A stretch of DNA of 64,000 nt from Octopus sinensis (Eukaryota). Where the stretch lies: the NCBI RefSeq assembly GCF_006345805.1, contig NC_042997.1:126976001-127040000 (forward strand). Reading direction: 5' to 3'. A program made the position numbers and the translations under genes. Of the stretch, positions 25,419 to 37,425 are shown piece by piece; within the stretch, counting starts at the first letter, position 1, and each line of letters starts with the position of its first letter. Under the pieces are notes generated by a model, which was not told where the DNA came from, made no database searches, and saw nothing but the letters and a program-made list of their open reading frames with translations.

Positions 25419-26028
25419 TTAAGGCGTTCTGGCAGATTCGAACGTGAATATCCGATCACGACAGCGGAGGATACCTCCTCTTTTTAAACGATGCATATTC
25501 ATAACACGTGATTCACAAGTGTAAGGGGGCTTTTGAGGTGCCGCTGTTTCGACCTCATTGTGTGTCTTTTCAGGCAAAGCTACTCCGTCCGACCAGTGAA
25601 TCGTCGGACCCCGTCTGACAAAAGCATTAGCTCTTGTTTATAGGAATTAACAAACAAATTATTTCATGTTGCGTGCTGATGACCGCCAACGCATTGAGAT
25701 TAAATTGATACATTATTGTTTGGATTCTCGTTGACTCTCTGTGCACCCCATGAATTATTATCTGTTTGGCAGACATCAACACGCATCAGCAAATAATTTA
25801 CCGATTCTTATAAACAAGAGCTCGTGTTCTTGTCAGATTCATTGGTCCGGCGGGGTAGTTTTTAACGAGGAATACGCAATGCGGTCGAAACACCGCGGTG
25901 TCTCGAAGTCTCCTTATATCGGTGAATGAGAGTGATTCGAGCACACACACTCCATAGGGAGGCATTTTTCATTGACGAAAAACACCAGCGATCGGATATT
26001 TACGCTCGAATCTGCCAGAATGTATTAA
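25419..26028. mobile_element. TTAA-flanked palindromic MITE (Kolobok/piggyBac-type target)
   Basis: ttaa-ggcgttctggcagattcgaacgtgaatatccgatc ... gatcggatatttacgctcgaatctgccagaatgta-ttaa, plus nested internal inverted segments. Confidence 0.8.
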
Positions 26029-26209
26029 GAATTAACTATTTATTTACTTTTAAAATTTTACTAGTTTCTGCTCGAGACCTGCGGCCATACTGGGGCACCA
26101 CCGTTTGGGGCATTGCCGTTTGGAACCTCGCTGTTAGATACTTATTGCTTGACGTTTGCTCTGTTGCAAGCAAAACAAGCCTTTCTTTGGTTTAGGAATC
26201 ATCAAAACC

Positions 26210-27360
26210 ACTCCAAATCCCATCATCCTCCATATTTCCCTATGAATCAACAAATATAAACAAACTTCAACAAATATCCTGTCTTCGAAAATCTGACCAT
26301 TTCTTTCTTATCTAGCACCCATATCCACAACCTATCTCCGCGGTCTAGGATACACTCCATACTTAAATTTCACTCCAAAATTTAGTGGTTGGCATACGTA
26401 GACTCCAATCTCATTGTTTCTGAGCTCTCTCAACTGGATATCAGTAATAACAGCTTCCAGCAAATTTAACTGAAAAGTTTCCTCTCTCATTCTCTTAACT
26501 GCGACTCTCAATGGCTCGCCGAAACCTCAAACCACTAACAACACTTTATACTTCCTGTATTGATAAAATCTACCTCACATCTGTCTCCAAAGTCATCGTC
26601 CCTGAGGACGTCCTCACTTACGGAATGTCATGGCTCTTATATTCATCACAAACCGATGGTTCTTCTTTTACATATATTCAAGACAAATACACGGACTTTC
26701 CAAACACACATAAGCCCGCCAAACACATACTGATTCTCCAACACATCTCTTTCTCACCTTAAAGCCTAAACACTACGAAACGCCAATGTCTCTAATAATA
26801 ACGCGTCATATAATTATCGCCTCATTGCAACTGCACAACACACAATTACGGCACAGCGTTTCTTTCATTATAGCACTTCCAGGTTGCTGACTGGCTCCAG
26901 CCTCGCTAGCTTTATTACAATAATTATCCTTGACAGCACAATGTTTCAATTCTGAACCATTAGACACAGTTGCGCTGAAACTATCCTTTTAGGCCTGCCC
27001 CTCCACATTCCAGATACAACAATATATCACAAATCTTCAAGTGGTCTACACGTGGTTGCGTTGTAGGTGCTCAGGCATATAACTTCGAGCCCCACCCCCA
27101 CACGACTCCGAGAAAGCTATATGTACAAACACGCAGCTTCAAATAGCAAAAAAATAATGAAAGTAATTACATGGCTCCTGTTCTCGTGTCATTAATTAAT
27201 TAGTCTAGTCTAGCAGTAGTGTAGCGTTTGCCATGTCCTTTCTATGTGACCCTCTCTAGCATTCTCTGTATATGATCTGGGAGTGTCCATATCCTTCCCT
27301 GCTGTCGTTAAGTTGATTACTGAAACTTCGGCTATCATGACTAGACTTGGTAAGAATACT
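26210..27360 (+). pseudogene. Old CR1-like LINE relic
   Basis: LDISN, LKSFLS, TLYFLY..NL, PEDVLTY (~YADD) and DLGVSIS..ITE..RLG motifs, heavily decayed. Confidence 0.45.
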
Positions 27361-27437
27361 GGATTGCTTCCCAGTGCCTTCCCCATGGAGACAGATTATA
27401 ACTCAGAATCTCTCTCTCTCTCTCTCTCTCTTTCCCC

Positions 27438-27485
<48 letters not shown>

Positions 27486-27494
27486 ATATATATA

Positions 27495-27892
27495 TACTCT
27501 TTTACTTCTTTCAGCCATTTGACTGTGGCGATGCTGGAGTACCGCCTTTAGTCGAGCAAGTCGACCCCAGGACTTATTCTTTGTAAGCTTAGTACTTATT
27601 CTATCGGTCTCTTTTGCCGAACTGCTAAGTTACGGAGACGTAAACACACCAGCATCGGTTGCCAAACGATGCTGGGAGGACAAACATACACACAAAAACA
27701 TATACATACACTTACATATATATATATACATATATACGACGGGTTTCATTCAGTTTTCGTCTATCAAATCCACTCACAAAGCTTTGGTCGGCCCGAGGCT
27801 ATAGTAGAAGACACATGCCCAAGGTGCCATGCAGTGGGATTGAACCCAGAACCATGTACTTCGTAAGCAAGCTACTTACCACACAGTCACTT
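27495..27892 (-). mobile_element. SINE-A, full length
   Basis: Reverse complement of 23849-24322. Confidence 0.88.
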
Positions 27893-28227
27893 CTACGCCT
27901 ATATATATATTGCCTTCGTCACGCAGGGACACTGATGAAGAGGAATATTCTTTATGCTGCATGTCGCGTTTCTCTGTTTTCTTCGTTGTTCGAAAAAAAG
28001 TTCGTTTCCATGTTTTTGTTTTTATGGTTTCGTTTCTCATTGTGTTCAACGTCTTTTTTGCTGTCCTGTACCCATATATGCATGTATATATACATATATA
28101 TGTAGGTATGTACATATATGTATGTATATATGCATATATTTATATATTATTTATATTATTATATGATCGAATGCTAAGCATATTTTTCCAAGTGAGCTTT
28201 ATCTATATATGTACACACACACACATA

Positions 28228-29054
28228 GGGTGCAGTGAATATACTGTCATCTAAATTATGCAGGGATGAAAATGACGCTGACATCACATTTTAAAAGATA
28301 TATTTACCAAAATCTTGAAATACTTAATAAAATCGCCATTGGCCTTAACTACAGCATCCAGACTGCTTCGGAATCTCCTGCAACACTTCTGTTTAAGTTA
28401 GTGAATGCTGACATAATCCTTGCCTTCAGTTCATCTTTGTTGTTACAAAGAGTTTTGTTGGTCTCTCGCTCAACAGCACCCGCCACCTAATAATCAAGGG
28501 GGTCGCAGTTTGGGGAGTGAGGTGACCAGATGTTAGGGGTGATGTGGTCGCAGAAATTGTCTGACTGGGTTCTCCTGCTTGTGTGGCATGGCGCAGAATC
28601 CTGTTGCCAGACATAGGGTCTCCCAACAGCCACCCTGTTGACCCAGGGTAGCACTATCCTCCTGCAGGCACTTGATGTAGGCCTCCGTGATTAGTGTGAG
28701 ATCATGTGGGAAGATGAATGGAGGCATAAAGTCGCCATCACTAGTGATCACTCCAAACACTATGATGTTGACTGGATGTTTGACTTTTATCACTCTCGGC
28801 ACATGTCTTCAGATTACGCTGTCCTCAGATTGACACCTAAACACTCTGAAATGTTCGTATTGGAACTTCCGGCGCGAATGCCAAGCAAGTCGTTACCAAA
28901 TTTCTGGCAGAATGAATTGCGTCATGGTGTTGTTTTTCTTACAGGTGGAGGCCAACTGGTCCTACTATACTGTGTAGTCGACAAAATCAAAACCAAACAA
29001 TGCGCATGCACGAAATATAAAATATAAAATGGCGATAATTTACCCAGCGCACCA
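28228..29054 (-). mobile_element. Internally deleted Tc1/mariner element, maT (DD37D)-like
   Basis: KHPVNIIVFGVITSDG..PPFIFP, GRPYVWQQDSAPCHTSRRTQ..WSPHSPNCDPLDY; weak TIRs (gggtgcagtg / ggtgcgctgg) next to TA. Confidence 0.8.
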
Positions 29055-29068
29055 TATATATATATATA

Positions 29069-29234
29069 CTTTATTTAAAAGCAACAGAAATATAACAAAA
29101 GCTGTTACTCAGAGTTTCACGTTCCCGTTCGTCGGACAGTTTTGTTAAAATAGACTAAGAAAACTGTCCGACGAACGGAAACGTGAAGCTCTCAGTAACA
29201 GCTTTTGTCATATTTCTGCTGCTTTTAAATAAAG
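29069..29234. mobile_element. Penelope-like inverted pLTR pair (75 bp arms) with hammerhead-like cores
   Basis: ctttatttaaaagcaacagaaat..cgtcggacagtttt [16 nt] aaaactgtccgacg..gcttttaaataaag; each arm read outward has ccgacga-acg-gRaa-cgt-gaaRc. Confidence 0.7.
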
Positions 29235-29299
29235 CATATTACTCTACCTCTGGTATTTGAGTACTCTATTTCTCACCTTGTTTCACACTTATGTGCTTA

Positions 29300-29321
29300 C
29301 TCCGGTATATATATATATTAT

Positions 29322-29380
<59 letters not shown>

Positions 29381-29402
29381 TATATATATATACACGCATA
29401 TA

Positions 29403-29438
<36 letters not shown>

Positions 29439-29491
29439 CATATATATATAATATATATATATATATACATATATATACATATATATATATT

Positions 29492-29537
<46 letters not shown>

Positions 29538-29540
29538 TAT
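29300..29540. repeat. (TA)n-rich tract
   Basis: Direct. Confidence 0.95.
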
Positions 29541-30179
29541 TTATTTTTATTGAATATAATATATAATTATCACTTCGGTTCTGTGTTTGGTTTGCAAAAT
29601 TCTCGATGTGAATATAATTATCACTCACATACACGCATGCGCATGAATGCATATATGCATATATGCATATAATAATGGATGGATGGATGGATGGATGGAT
29701 GGAAGGAAGGATGAATGGATGGATGGATGGTTGGATAGGCTTCCGCACGCTTTTCGTTTCACAAATTGCACTTATAAGGTTATGTTTGACCAGAGGCTTT
29801 TCGTATGATGTACCTCTTCAAGATGTGCATCGTACGTATGTGGTGAAATCGAACCGGAAACTCCGTGCATGCGAAGCGAGGTTTTTAATCAACAACAGCT
29901 GACGAAATTGAATCGAGTTAAGCAAGAGAGGAAGTTCAACTGCCGAAGCATTTCATTTCATCACATCCATACTATTATCATTAACCTATCGGCCCTTTAA
30001 GGAAAACTGCCGTAAATTAATCCCTATGCTTCCATCGTATTCATGTTACCTCTACCTTCCACTCTCTAATTTTTACACGAGACGCATTGCTTGCAGCAGA
30101 CTGAGGCATTCAACACTAATTGCAACAAAACTGCATGTTTGTCAGAAAGACTATGAATTAACGGAAGTGCATAGCTGAT

Positions 30180-31483
30180 AGCGGTGTCAGTGGTGAGGGC
30201 TTTGGTGTCGGCGGTTTCTGTGGTGGCGGTGGGGATGTTGTAGTATTAGCCTTCGTGACGCTGTTGGAGTTAGTGGAAGGTGTTTGTCATGTATGGGGAG
30301 GTGGTGGTTGTTAGTGTTATTGGTGTTGGTTTGGAATTTACTTTGGTTGTTGTAGCTGTTGTTGTCGCTGTCGCCGTTTAGCACCAGGCCAGCACTGATC
30401 CAGGAGATCTATGATCAAAGCCGTTCCAACTGTGACCACCCCGTCATATCCCTCTGTCCGAGAAACTAAGGAATACGACATTATTCAATGTGCTCGTTTC
30501 TAAGACGGTGGAGGAATGAAGAATCGTTGTGGTTAGGGGTGGGGCGGGTGAACCATATGGGGAAGCTTTGCTTGCAATTTTTAGCACGCCGATCGCTGAC
30601 GTTGGCTCTAGCTCCTTCGGGTGGTGGTAACGTTGGTGGTGGTGGTGATGTCACTGGTAGTGGTTATGGTGGTAATGTTGGTGGAGATGATGGAGAGGAT
30701 GTTAATAGTGATAGTGTTGGCAATAATGGTGTTGTTGTTGGTGGTGGTGATATAGTAGCGTTTGTGCTGGCGGTAGTAGTATTGGCTGTGGTATGGGTGG
30801 TGGCGTGTTAGACAGTGATGATGTTGCTAGTGCTGTTGCTGGTGAGATTAATTGGCAATGGTTGTATTGGAGGTAGTGAGAGTGGTCAAGTCGATATTGG
30901 CAGTGTTTGTATTAGGGGTAGTGAGAGTGGTCAGGTCGGTGTTGGCGTCTAGTGTTAGGGGTGCAGGTGGTGGTAATGGTAGTTGTGGTGGCGGTAAAAG
31001 TTGTGGTAGTAGTGGCGATAATAGTTGTGGTTGTGGTGGTAGTGGTGGTGGTAATAGTTGTGGTAGTGATAGCGCTAGTGATGGTAGTATGGTGGTGGTT
31101 GTGGTAGTTGTAATTGTGGTAGTGGTGCTCGTGGTGGTGGTAGAGATGGTGCTACTACTATCACTTCTGGTAGTTGAAATAGCACTAAATGATAACGTTG
31201 GTAGCGGCGGCGGCGACGGTGGTGTGTGTGTGTGTGTGCCGGGTGATGATGGTTGTGGTGGCGGTGATGGTTGTGGTGGTGGTGATGGTTGTGGTAGTGG
31301 TGGTGGTGGTGGTGATGGTGGTGGTTATGAACGAATCAAATAATCGTAGAACAAACAATCGATTTATTTGAAATCACATATCGGAGTTAATTTTATTTCA
31401 CGTCATCCTCGGTTGGTTTCCCTCAATCTCAGTTATCGTCATCATCGCCGTCGTCTTCAACATGATGGTGATCATCATCATGC

Positions 31484-31517
<34 letters not shown>

Positions 31518-31841
31518 TATTACTAGCAACATTATCATTAACAACCTTCATCGCACTCGCCCTCACCACCACCATCACCATTACCATCACCATCGCATCC
31601 ACACCAACCTTCACACCTACCCCACTACCACCCCATATCATCATCATCCCCTTCATCATCAACGTGATCACCGTCATCCTCCTCCTCATCATCATCATTA
31701 TCATCATCACCTTCATTATTATCATTATCATTAACGACTTTCGTCACATTTCACACTCGCCGCCGTCGCCGCCACCACCTCCATCAGCACACCCTCTACA
31801 ACCGCATATCATCTTCATCATCATCATCGTCGTCGTCGTCG

Positions 31842-31892
<51 letters not shown>

Positions 31893-32060
31893 CCTTTAAG
31901 CTCATTATCATTGCTATCATCATGATTATCATTATCATCATTTCTTCGATCCCTATCACGACCGCCAGACCACCATGAGTACCATCTCCACCGACACGAC
32001 TTTCATCATCGCCACCACCAGCACCAGCAACACCAGCACCAGCACCATCAGCACCACCAT
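30180..32060. repeat. Trinucleotide low-complexity region, (GGT)/(GTA)n then (CAT)/(CAC)n, with a SINE-C remnant at ~30380-30610
   Basis: Direct; Gly/Val/His/Ile-rich ORFs are read-throughs. Confidence 0.85.
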
Positions 32061-32457
32061 TATCATCATCATGCTATCATCTGATATTGGCAGTAAATTT
32101 GTTATCAGCTAATAACACGTCACATACGTTTCCACAATTCTTCTCCTTCGTGGACACCCTTTAAATCCAGTTGTCTCCGTTAAAATATATTCCCGTATGA
32201 CATTGTTATAGATCCTATTTCATTTTGCTATTCTCTCTACCATACACGTAATATGTCACATGATCTGAGTGTCATTAGTATTCATAATCGGTTCAGTTTG
32301 TGCCATTAACTATGTGACGTTTCATGTCGGGTACATTAATAATTTCTTTCGGCGTGTGATATTAGCAATATGTGATATTGGCAGTGTATCATATTATTGG
32401 TGTGTGACATTGAAAGTTGGTGATATTATCCGTGTGTGACAAGAATACTGTATTGTT

Positions 32458-32966
32458 TTCTACTTTAGGAACAACGCCTGAAATTTTGGAGGAAGAAGGA
32501 GGGGCAGTCGATTAGATCGACCCCAGTGCGCAACTGGTACTTAATTTATCGACTCCGAAAAGATGAAAGGCAAATTCGACCTCGGCGGAATTTCAACTCA
32601 GAACACAAAGCCAGACAAAATACCTATTTCTTTACTACCCACAAGGGGCTAAACACAGAGGGGACAAACAAGGACAGATTAAGTCGATTATATCGACCCC
32701 AGTGCGTAACTGGTATGTAGTTTATTTAAACGACCCCGAGAGGATGAAAGGCAAAGTCGACCTCGGAGGAATTTCAACTCAGAACGTAACGGCAGACGAA
32801 ATACCGCTAAACATTTCGCCCAGCGTGCTAATGTTTCTTACTTCTTTATTGCCCACAAGGACAGACAAAGGGATTAAGTCGATTACATCGACTCCAGTGC
32901 GTAACTGGTACTTAATTTATCGACCCTGAAAGGATGAAAGGCAAAGTCAACCTCGGCGGAATTTGA
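32458..32966 (-). mobile_element. SINE-B multimer cluster
   Basis: Three to four core units with both tail types. Confidence 0.85.
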
Positions 32967-33078
32967 AGCTTAGGTGTTTCGCTCATAAACACACACATCG
33001 CCCGGTCTGAGATTCGAACCCGCGATCCCTCGACCACGAGTCCGCTGCTCTAACCACTGGGCCATGTGCCTCCACAGA
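32967..33078 (-). mobile_element. tRNA-derived SINE family D fragment
   Basis: Minus strand ggcccagtggttagagcagcggactcgtgg..gggttcgaatct (A/B boxes); a related copy lies at ~51745-51870. Confidence 0.7.
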
Positions 33079-33679
33079 ACATGATTTTAGAGATGCAATA
33101 TTGCAGTGTTTGACATCTGTATCACGTGACATTAGTAGTATGTAAGTAAAAGCAGTTTGACATTAGCAGTAGTGATGTGACACTGTAGTATATAACATTA
33201 GCTGTGATACTGAAGAAAGTAAGCTGATGGTTAATCTTGTGATGGAAGTAAAGGAAAGGGATTACGTTGTCTCCCTTTCTTACCAACTATTGATGGTGAT
33301 ATAACGAAGGACTTTCAGAAGAACTTGAATGGGATGTAATGGGGAAGTAGGTGGTAAGGAAGGGTAGGTGAATGCTGTGGTGGTGGAAGAAAGTATGATG
33401 TTGAAACTATGGGGAGATTGGGATTGGAGGAAAGAATATTCTTAAACATCCTTAAATCCTTAAATATCATTTTGTCGGATTTTGTACACTTTTTGGTACG
33501 TGAAGTAAAAGATAACATTTTATGAAAGCCAATTCTTGAGAAACACTGAAGGCGGTGCAGTATAGTGTAGTGTAACAATTGTGTAGTAAGGGGTATAGTA
33601 TAGAGTGGTGTGTATATGATGTGGTAGAGTTCAATCTCACACTGCAGTATCCAGGATAAATATTTGCAATTACCGATTC

Positions 33680-33878
33680 AGGAAAGGTGGCGAACTGGTA
33701 GAACCGTTGGCATGCCGGAAAAAATGCCATAGTGGTATTTGGTCCGTCTCTACGTTCAGAGTACAAATCCTTTTTGCGGTCGGTAAAATAAGTATCAGTT
33801 GATTACTGGCGTCGATGTAATCGACTCACCCCGCTGCCTCAAAATTGCTGGCCTTGTGCCAAAATTAGAAACCGATTA
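33680..33878 (+). mobile_element. Diverged SINE-B monomer with tail 3
   Basis: ggtggcgaactggtagaaccgtt..aaaattgctggccttgtgccaaaattagaaacc. Confidence 0.7.
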
Positions 33879-34193
33879 CAGATTTAGGTTTCCCTAACCT
33901 TGTAAATGAAATTGGGTAATGGAAACTGTACAAAAATCACAGGATCCATTGTATTTGTACGTCCCAGGGTCTCCAGCTTTAATACATTGAATACCATAAA
34001 GAGTCTGCTTGAAGATTGCATCACACAATTCCACAAGACAGTACTTATAATTCAAAAGACCTGTGAGTGCGAGACACACTCTGTACCACGCTGGGTATAG
34101 TTGATAATTATATTAAAGGTACACGTATTTGTGAATTTCTCAACCACACACAAAACAATACAGAGATTAAGCAGCTTCATAATATCATACAAA

Positions 34194-34608
34194 AAGGCGG
34201 CGAGCTGGTAGAATCGTTAGCACGCCGGGCGAAATGCGTAGCCGTATTTCGTCTGCCGTTACGTTCTCAGTTCAAATTCCGCCGAAGTCGACTTTGCCTT
34301 TCATCCTTTCGGGGTCGATAAATTAAGCACTAGTTACACACTGGGGTAGATATAATCGACTTAATCCGTTTGTCTGTCCTTGTTTGTCCTCTCTGTGTTT
34401 AGCCCCTTGTGGGTAGTAAAGAAATAGGTATTTCGTCTGCTGCTACGTTCTGAGTTCAAATTCCGCCGAGGTCGACTTTGCCTTTCATCCTTTCGGGGTC
34501 GATTAAATAAGTACCAGTTTCGCACTGGGGTCGATGTAATCGACTTACTCCCTTTGCCTGTCCTTGTTTGTCCCCGCTATGTTTAGCCCCTTGTGGGCAA
34601 TAAAGAAT
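34194..34608 (+). mobile_element. SINE-B dimer with terminal Tx1-like tail and TSD
   Basis: aatatcata at 34181-34189 and 34611-34619. Confidence 0.9.
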
Positions 34609-35446
34609 TAAATATCATAGAATGAGTTGGTTGATTATACAACTGTAACAGTGAAACGTCGATATGGACAAATAAGTCCATCTCACTATGTCTCGTATTC
34701 TTTTTCTTGTTTCAGTCACTGGGCTGCGGTCATGATGATGGGGTACTGTTTTGAGAGGCTTAGTCGAACAATTTGATCCTAGTAGTTACAGTTTTAAAGT
34801 CTGGCGCCTATTCTATCGGCCTCTATTGCCGAATTGCTAAGTAACAGGCTGAAAACAAACAAACAAACAGTGGTTGATGAGCAGTGTAGATAAAAACACT
34901 AACTCACACCATCGAATTTAAAGTCTTTCGACTTAAAACGAGCCGAAACTATGATGAGTCTGGTTTCCATGGCTGATGAGAGGATTCCTATGTTTATTTG
35001 TCCATTGTTGGTTTACAATATTCGTTTCCAAGTTCCATTTCGATGTTTCATTACACATACACACATACATGCACACATACATATCTCCACACACACACAC
35101 ACACATACACACAGACACATACACACACACGCATACACAAACACACACGCACATATAACACGCATACGCACACATATTTGAAAGTCTATGAAAATTACTT
35201 AATACAGATTTTGAAGTGTAAAGGTGATTTTTAAAAAAAAATTATTTCTTAAAAAAATGTTATGAAATCTTTTATGAAGATGATACTAACCTCTTTTCGA
35301 AAGAAGTTTTTTTTTCTAGTGTGTTATCGCTTTCGTTAACATTTTCAAACTCACGTGCTCTTAAAGTGGAAGTTATTACATATATATGTATCCGATATAC
35401 ACACATTTACATGTATACATATGTATGTGTGTGCGTGTGTGAATGT

Positions 35447-35489
<43 letters not shown>

Positions 35490-35907
35490 ATTAGAATAAA
35501 AGCTCAAATCAGACAATCAACGTTTTTAAATGTACGCATACATAGTCATAAATTCAATTTTAAAATATATATATACTAATACATATCGCGACACAAAATA
35601 TGTATGGATATTTTTTTTGTACATATAAAGATATATAAAAACGTACGTAAATAGAAAACGCGTTGGGTATATATGGAAAAAAAAATTAAGAAAAGAGAAC
35701 TAGTAAAAAATTTTTCAATACTAAATTTCAAAGCGGTTAAGAGTATTTAAAATTTCAAGTACTAAATTCATAAAGTTGAATCCGTATACAATACAATAAG
35801 AGGAAAACTACTTTCTTCTTAATTACTTCTTAATCAGTTCTATATATTTAGTAAGAAATAATTATATTATATATAATATAATATTGTAAACATTATTTTA
35901 TATATAT

Positions 35908-35956
<49 letters not shown>

Positions 35957-35973
35957 AAGACAGATGTATATAT

Positions 35974-36030
<57 letters not shown>

Positions 36031-36170
36031 GTATGTAGATATGATATATACATATTTATATAGATATTGCTATTATTATCGAAGTCAATACAAATAGTCC
36101 ATAATAACAACAATATTAATATAGGTGATTGCTGGCCTAACTTAGCGTTACATAGCTATGAAATTTAAAT

Positions 36171-36676
36171 TATATTAATCAAAGGACACGATTAAGTGTC
36201 TACCTGCTAGAAATAAGAGTTAAAGCTCTCATTCGGACCACCAAAAATTACAGTGAAAATAACAGATACAACAGTGTACGGGCGAGCGAACCGAAAAACC
36301 ACCTCTCACATACCTTTATAGCATAAAGTTATATATTTAATGGAACCGGTATATATGTGGACCGGTTTCTGGTTTAACACAAAGTTCTTACCCTCCTCAG
36401 AACATCTTAACTCTTAGAAACATCTTCCCAGTCTGCTACGTTGAAATCTGCTAGCGTTCTCAATTGGTCTCAAACCAGAAACCGGTTCACATATATTACT
36501 TGTTCCATTAAATATATAGCTTTATACTAGTATGGTATGTGAGAGATCTTTTTCGGTTCGCTCGCCCGTATACTGTTGTATCTGTTATTTTCAGTGTAAT
36601 TCTTGGTGGTCGAAATGAGAATTTTAACTCTTATTTCTAGCGGGTAGACACTTCATTTTGTCCTTTGATTTATATA

Positions 36677-36678
<2 letters not shown>
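36171..36678. mobile_element. Foldback MITE with ~200 bp arms
   Basis: aatcaaaggacacgattaagtgtctacc..gggcgagcgaaccgaaaa..ggaccggtttctggttt mirrored by aaaccagaaaccggttc..ttttcggttcgctcgccc..ggtagacactt..gtcctttgatt. Confidence 0.9.
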
Positions 36679-36717
<39 letters not shown>

Positions 36718-36732
36718 CATACATATATATAT

Positions 36733-36766
<34 letters not shown>

Positions 36767-36767
<1 letters not shown>

Positions 36768-36962
36768 CGGCATTCGCCATGATAGATCGTTAGCCACTAA
36801 ACATTTCTCTATTTTCTCTCCCTGTTTATTTTTGTTTTCCTTTCTGTCGAAGAGCGTAGGCTCGAAATGTAAAAGACTTTCTCTCTTTCCGAGTATTAAA
36901 CTAATACATATGTGTGTTGTTTACACACCCGTCTTCGTCTTTTGTTTTATTGTAAATTCTCA
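36767..36962 (+). mobile_element. Penelope-like non-coding repeat with hammerhead-like fold
   Basis: cttt-ctgtcga-a-gagc-gtag-gctc-gaaa-tgta-aaag at 36840-36875. Confidence 0.6.
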
Positions 36963-37199
36963 CTGTTTGCGCGTGCGTGCGCGTGTGTGTGTGGATATGT
37001 ATACGTGTATAAGCATGGTTGCATATATATATATATATGTGCATCTATTGGCGTATGTGTGGGTGCGCATGTGTGTTTCATGCGAGTGTGAGTGAGCATA
37101 TGCATATAGGCACATGCACGTGGGTGTGCGTGCGCGCATGTACATGTATGTATGTATGTATGTATGTATGTACATGCAAGTATACGCGATTGCTATGAA

Positions 37200-37425
37200 C
37201 ATTTTTACTCCTTTACTTTTTACTTCCACCCCTTCGGTTTTTTCCCTTATTTAACGGCCATTCTAATAACTCTTTCGTCTTAATAACGGTCAATTACATA
37301 GTAATTTCCCTTTGTTTAACTGTCATTTTCATAGCATATTTTGATTGCTTTAATAACTGAAGAGATGCCGGAGCAGGTTTCCTCCCCGACATCCGAAACT
37401 CGGAGTTTTATTATGGCACATATTA
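37200..37425 (+). mobile_element. Penelope-like remnant with type I hammerhead-like motif
   Basis: taataa-ctgaaga-gatg..catc-c-gaaactcggagt-t-ttatta at 37351-37413. Confidence 0.55.

Noticed and set aside
27260-27349. Apparent 90 bp phase 1-1 exon (FSVYDLGVSISFPAVVKLITETSAIMTRL) with good splice sites
   Set aside because: The peptide resembles the CR1 LGVSIS..HITE..KLG motif and adjoins a CR1 relic. Exonisation cannot be excluded without RNA data.
32967-33078. tRNA gene (also the SINE-A and SINE-B heads)
   Set aside because: A/B boxes are present, but there is no full cloverleaf and they continue into SINE bodies.
23094-33548. hAT-like TIR ends (ggttgagaaccactg at 23094; ttgagaaacactg at 33536) as one element
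   Set aside because: Both have the same orientation, so they are unpaired half-ends.
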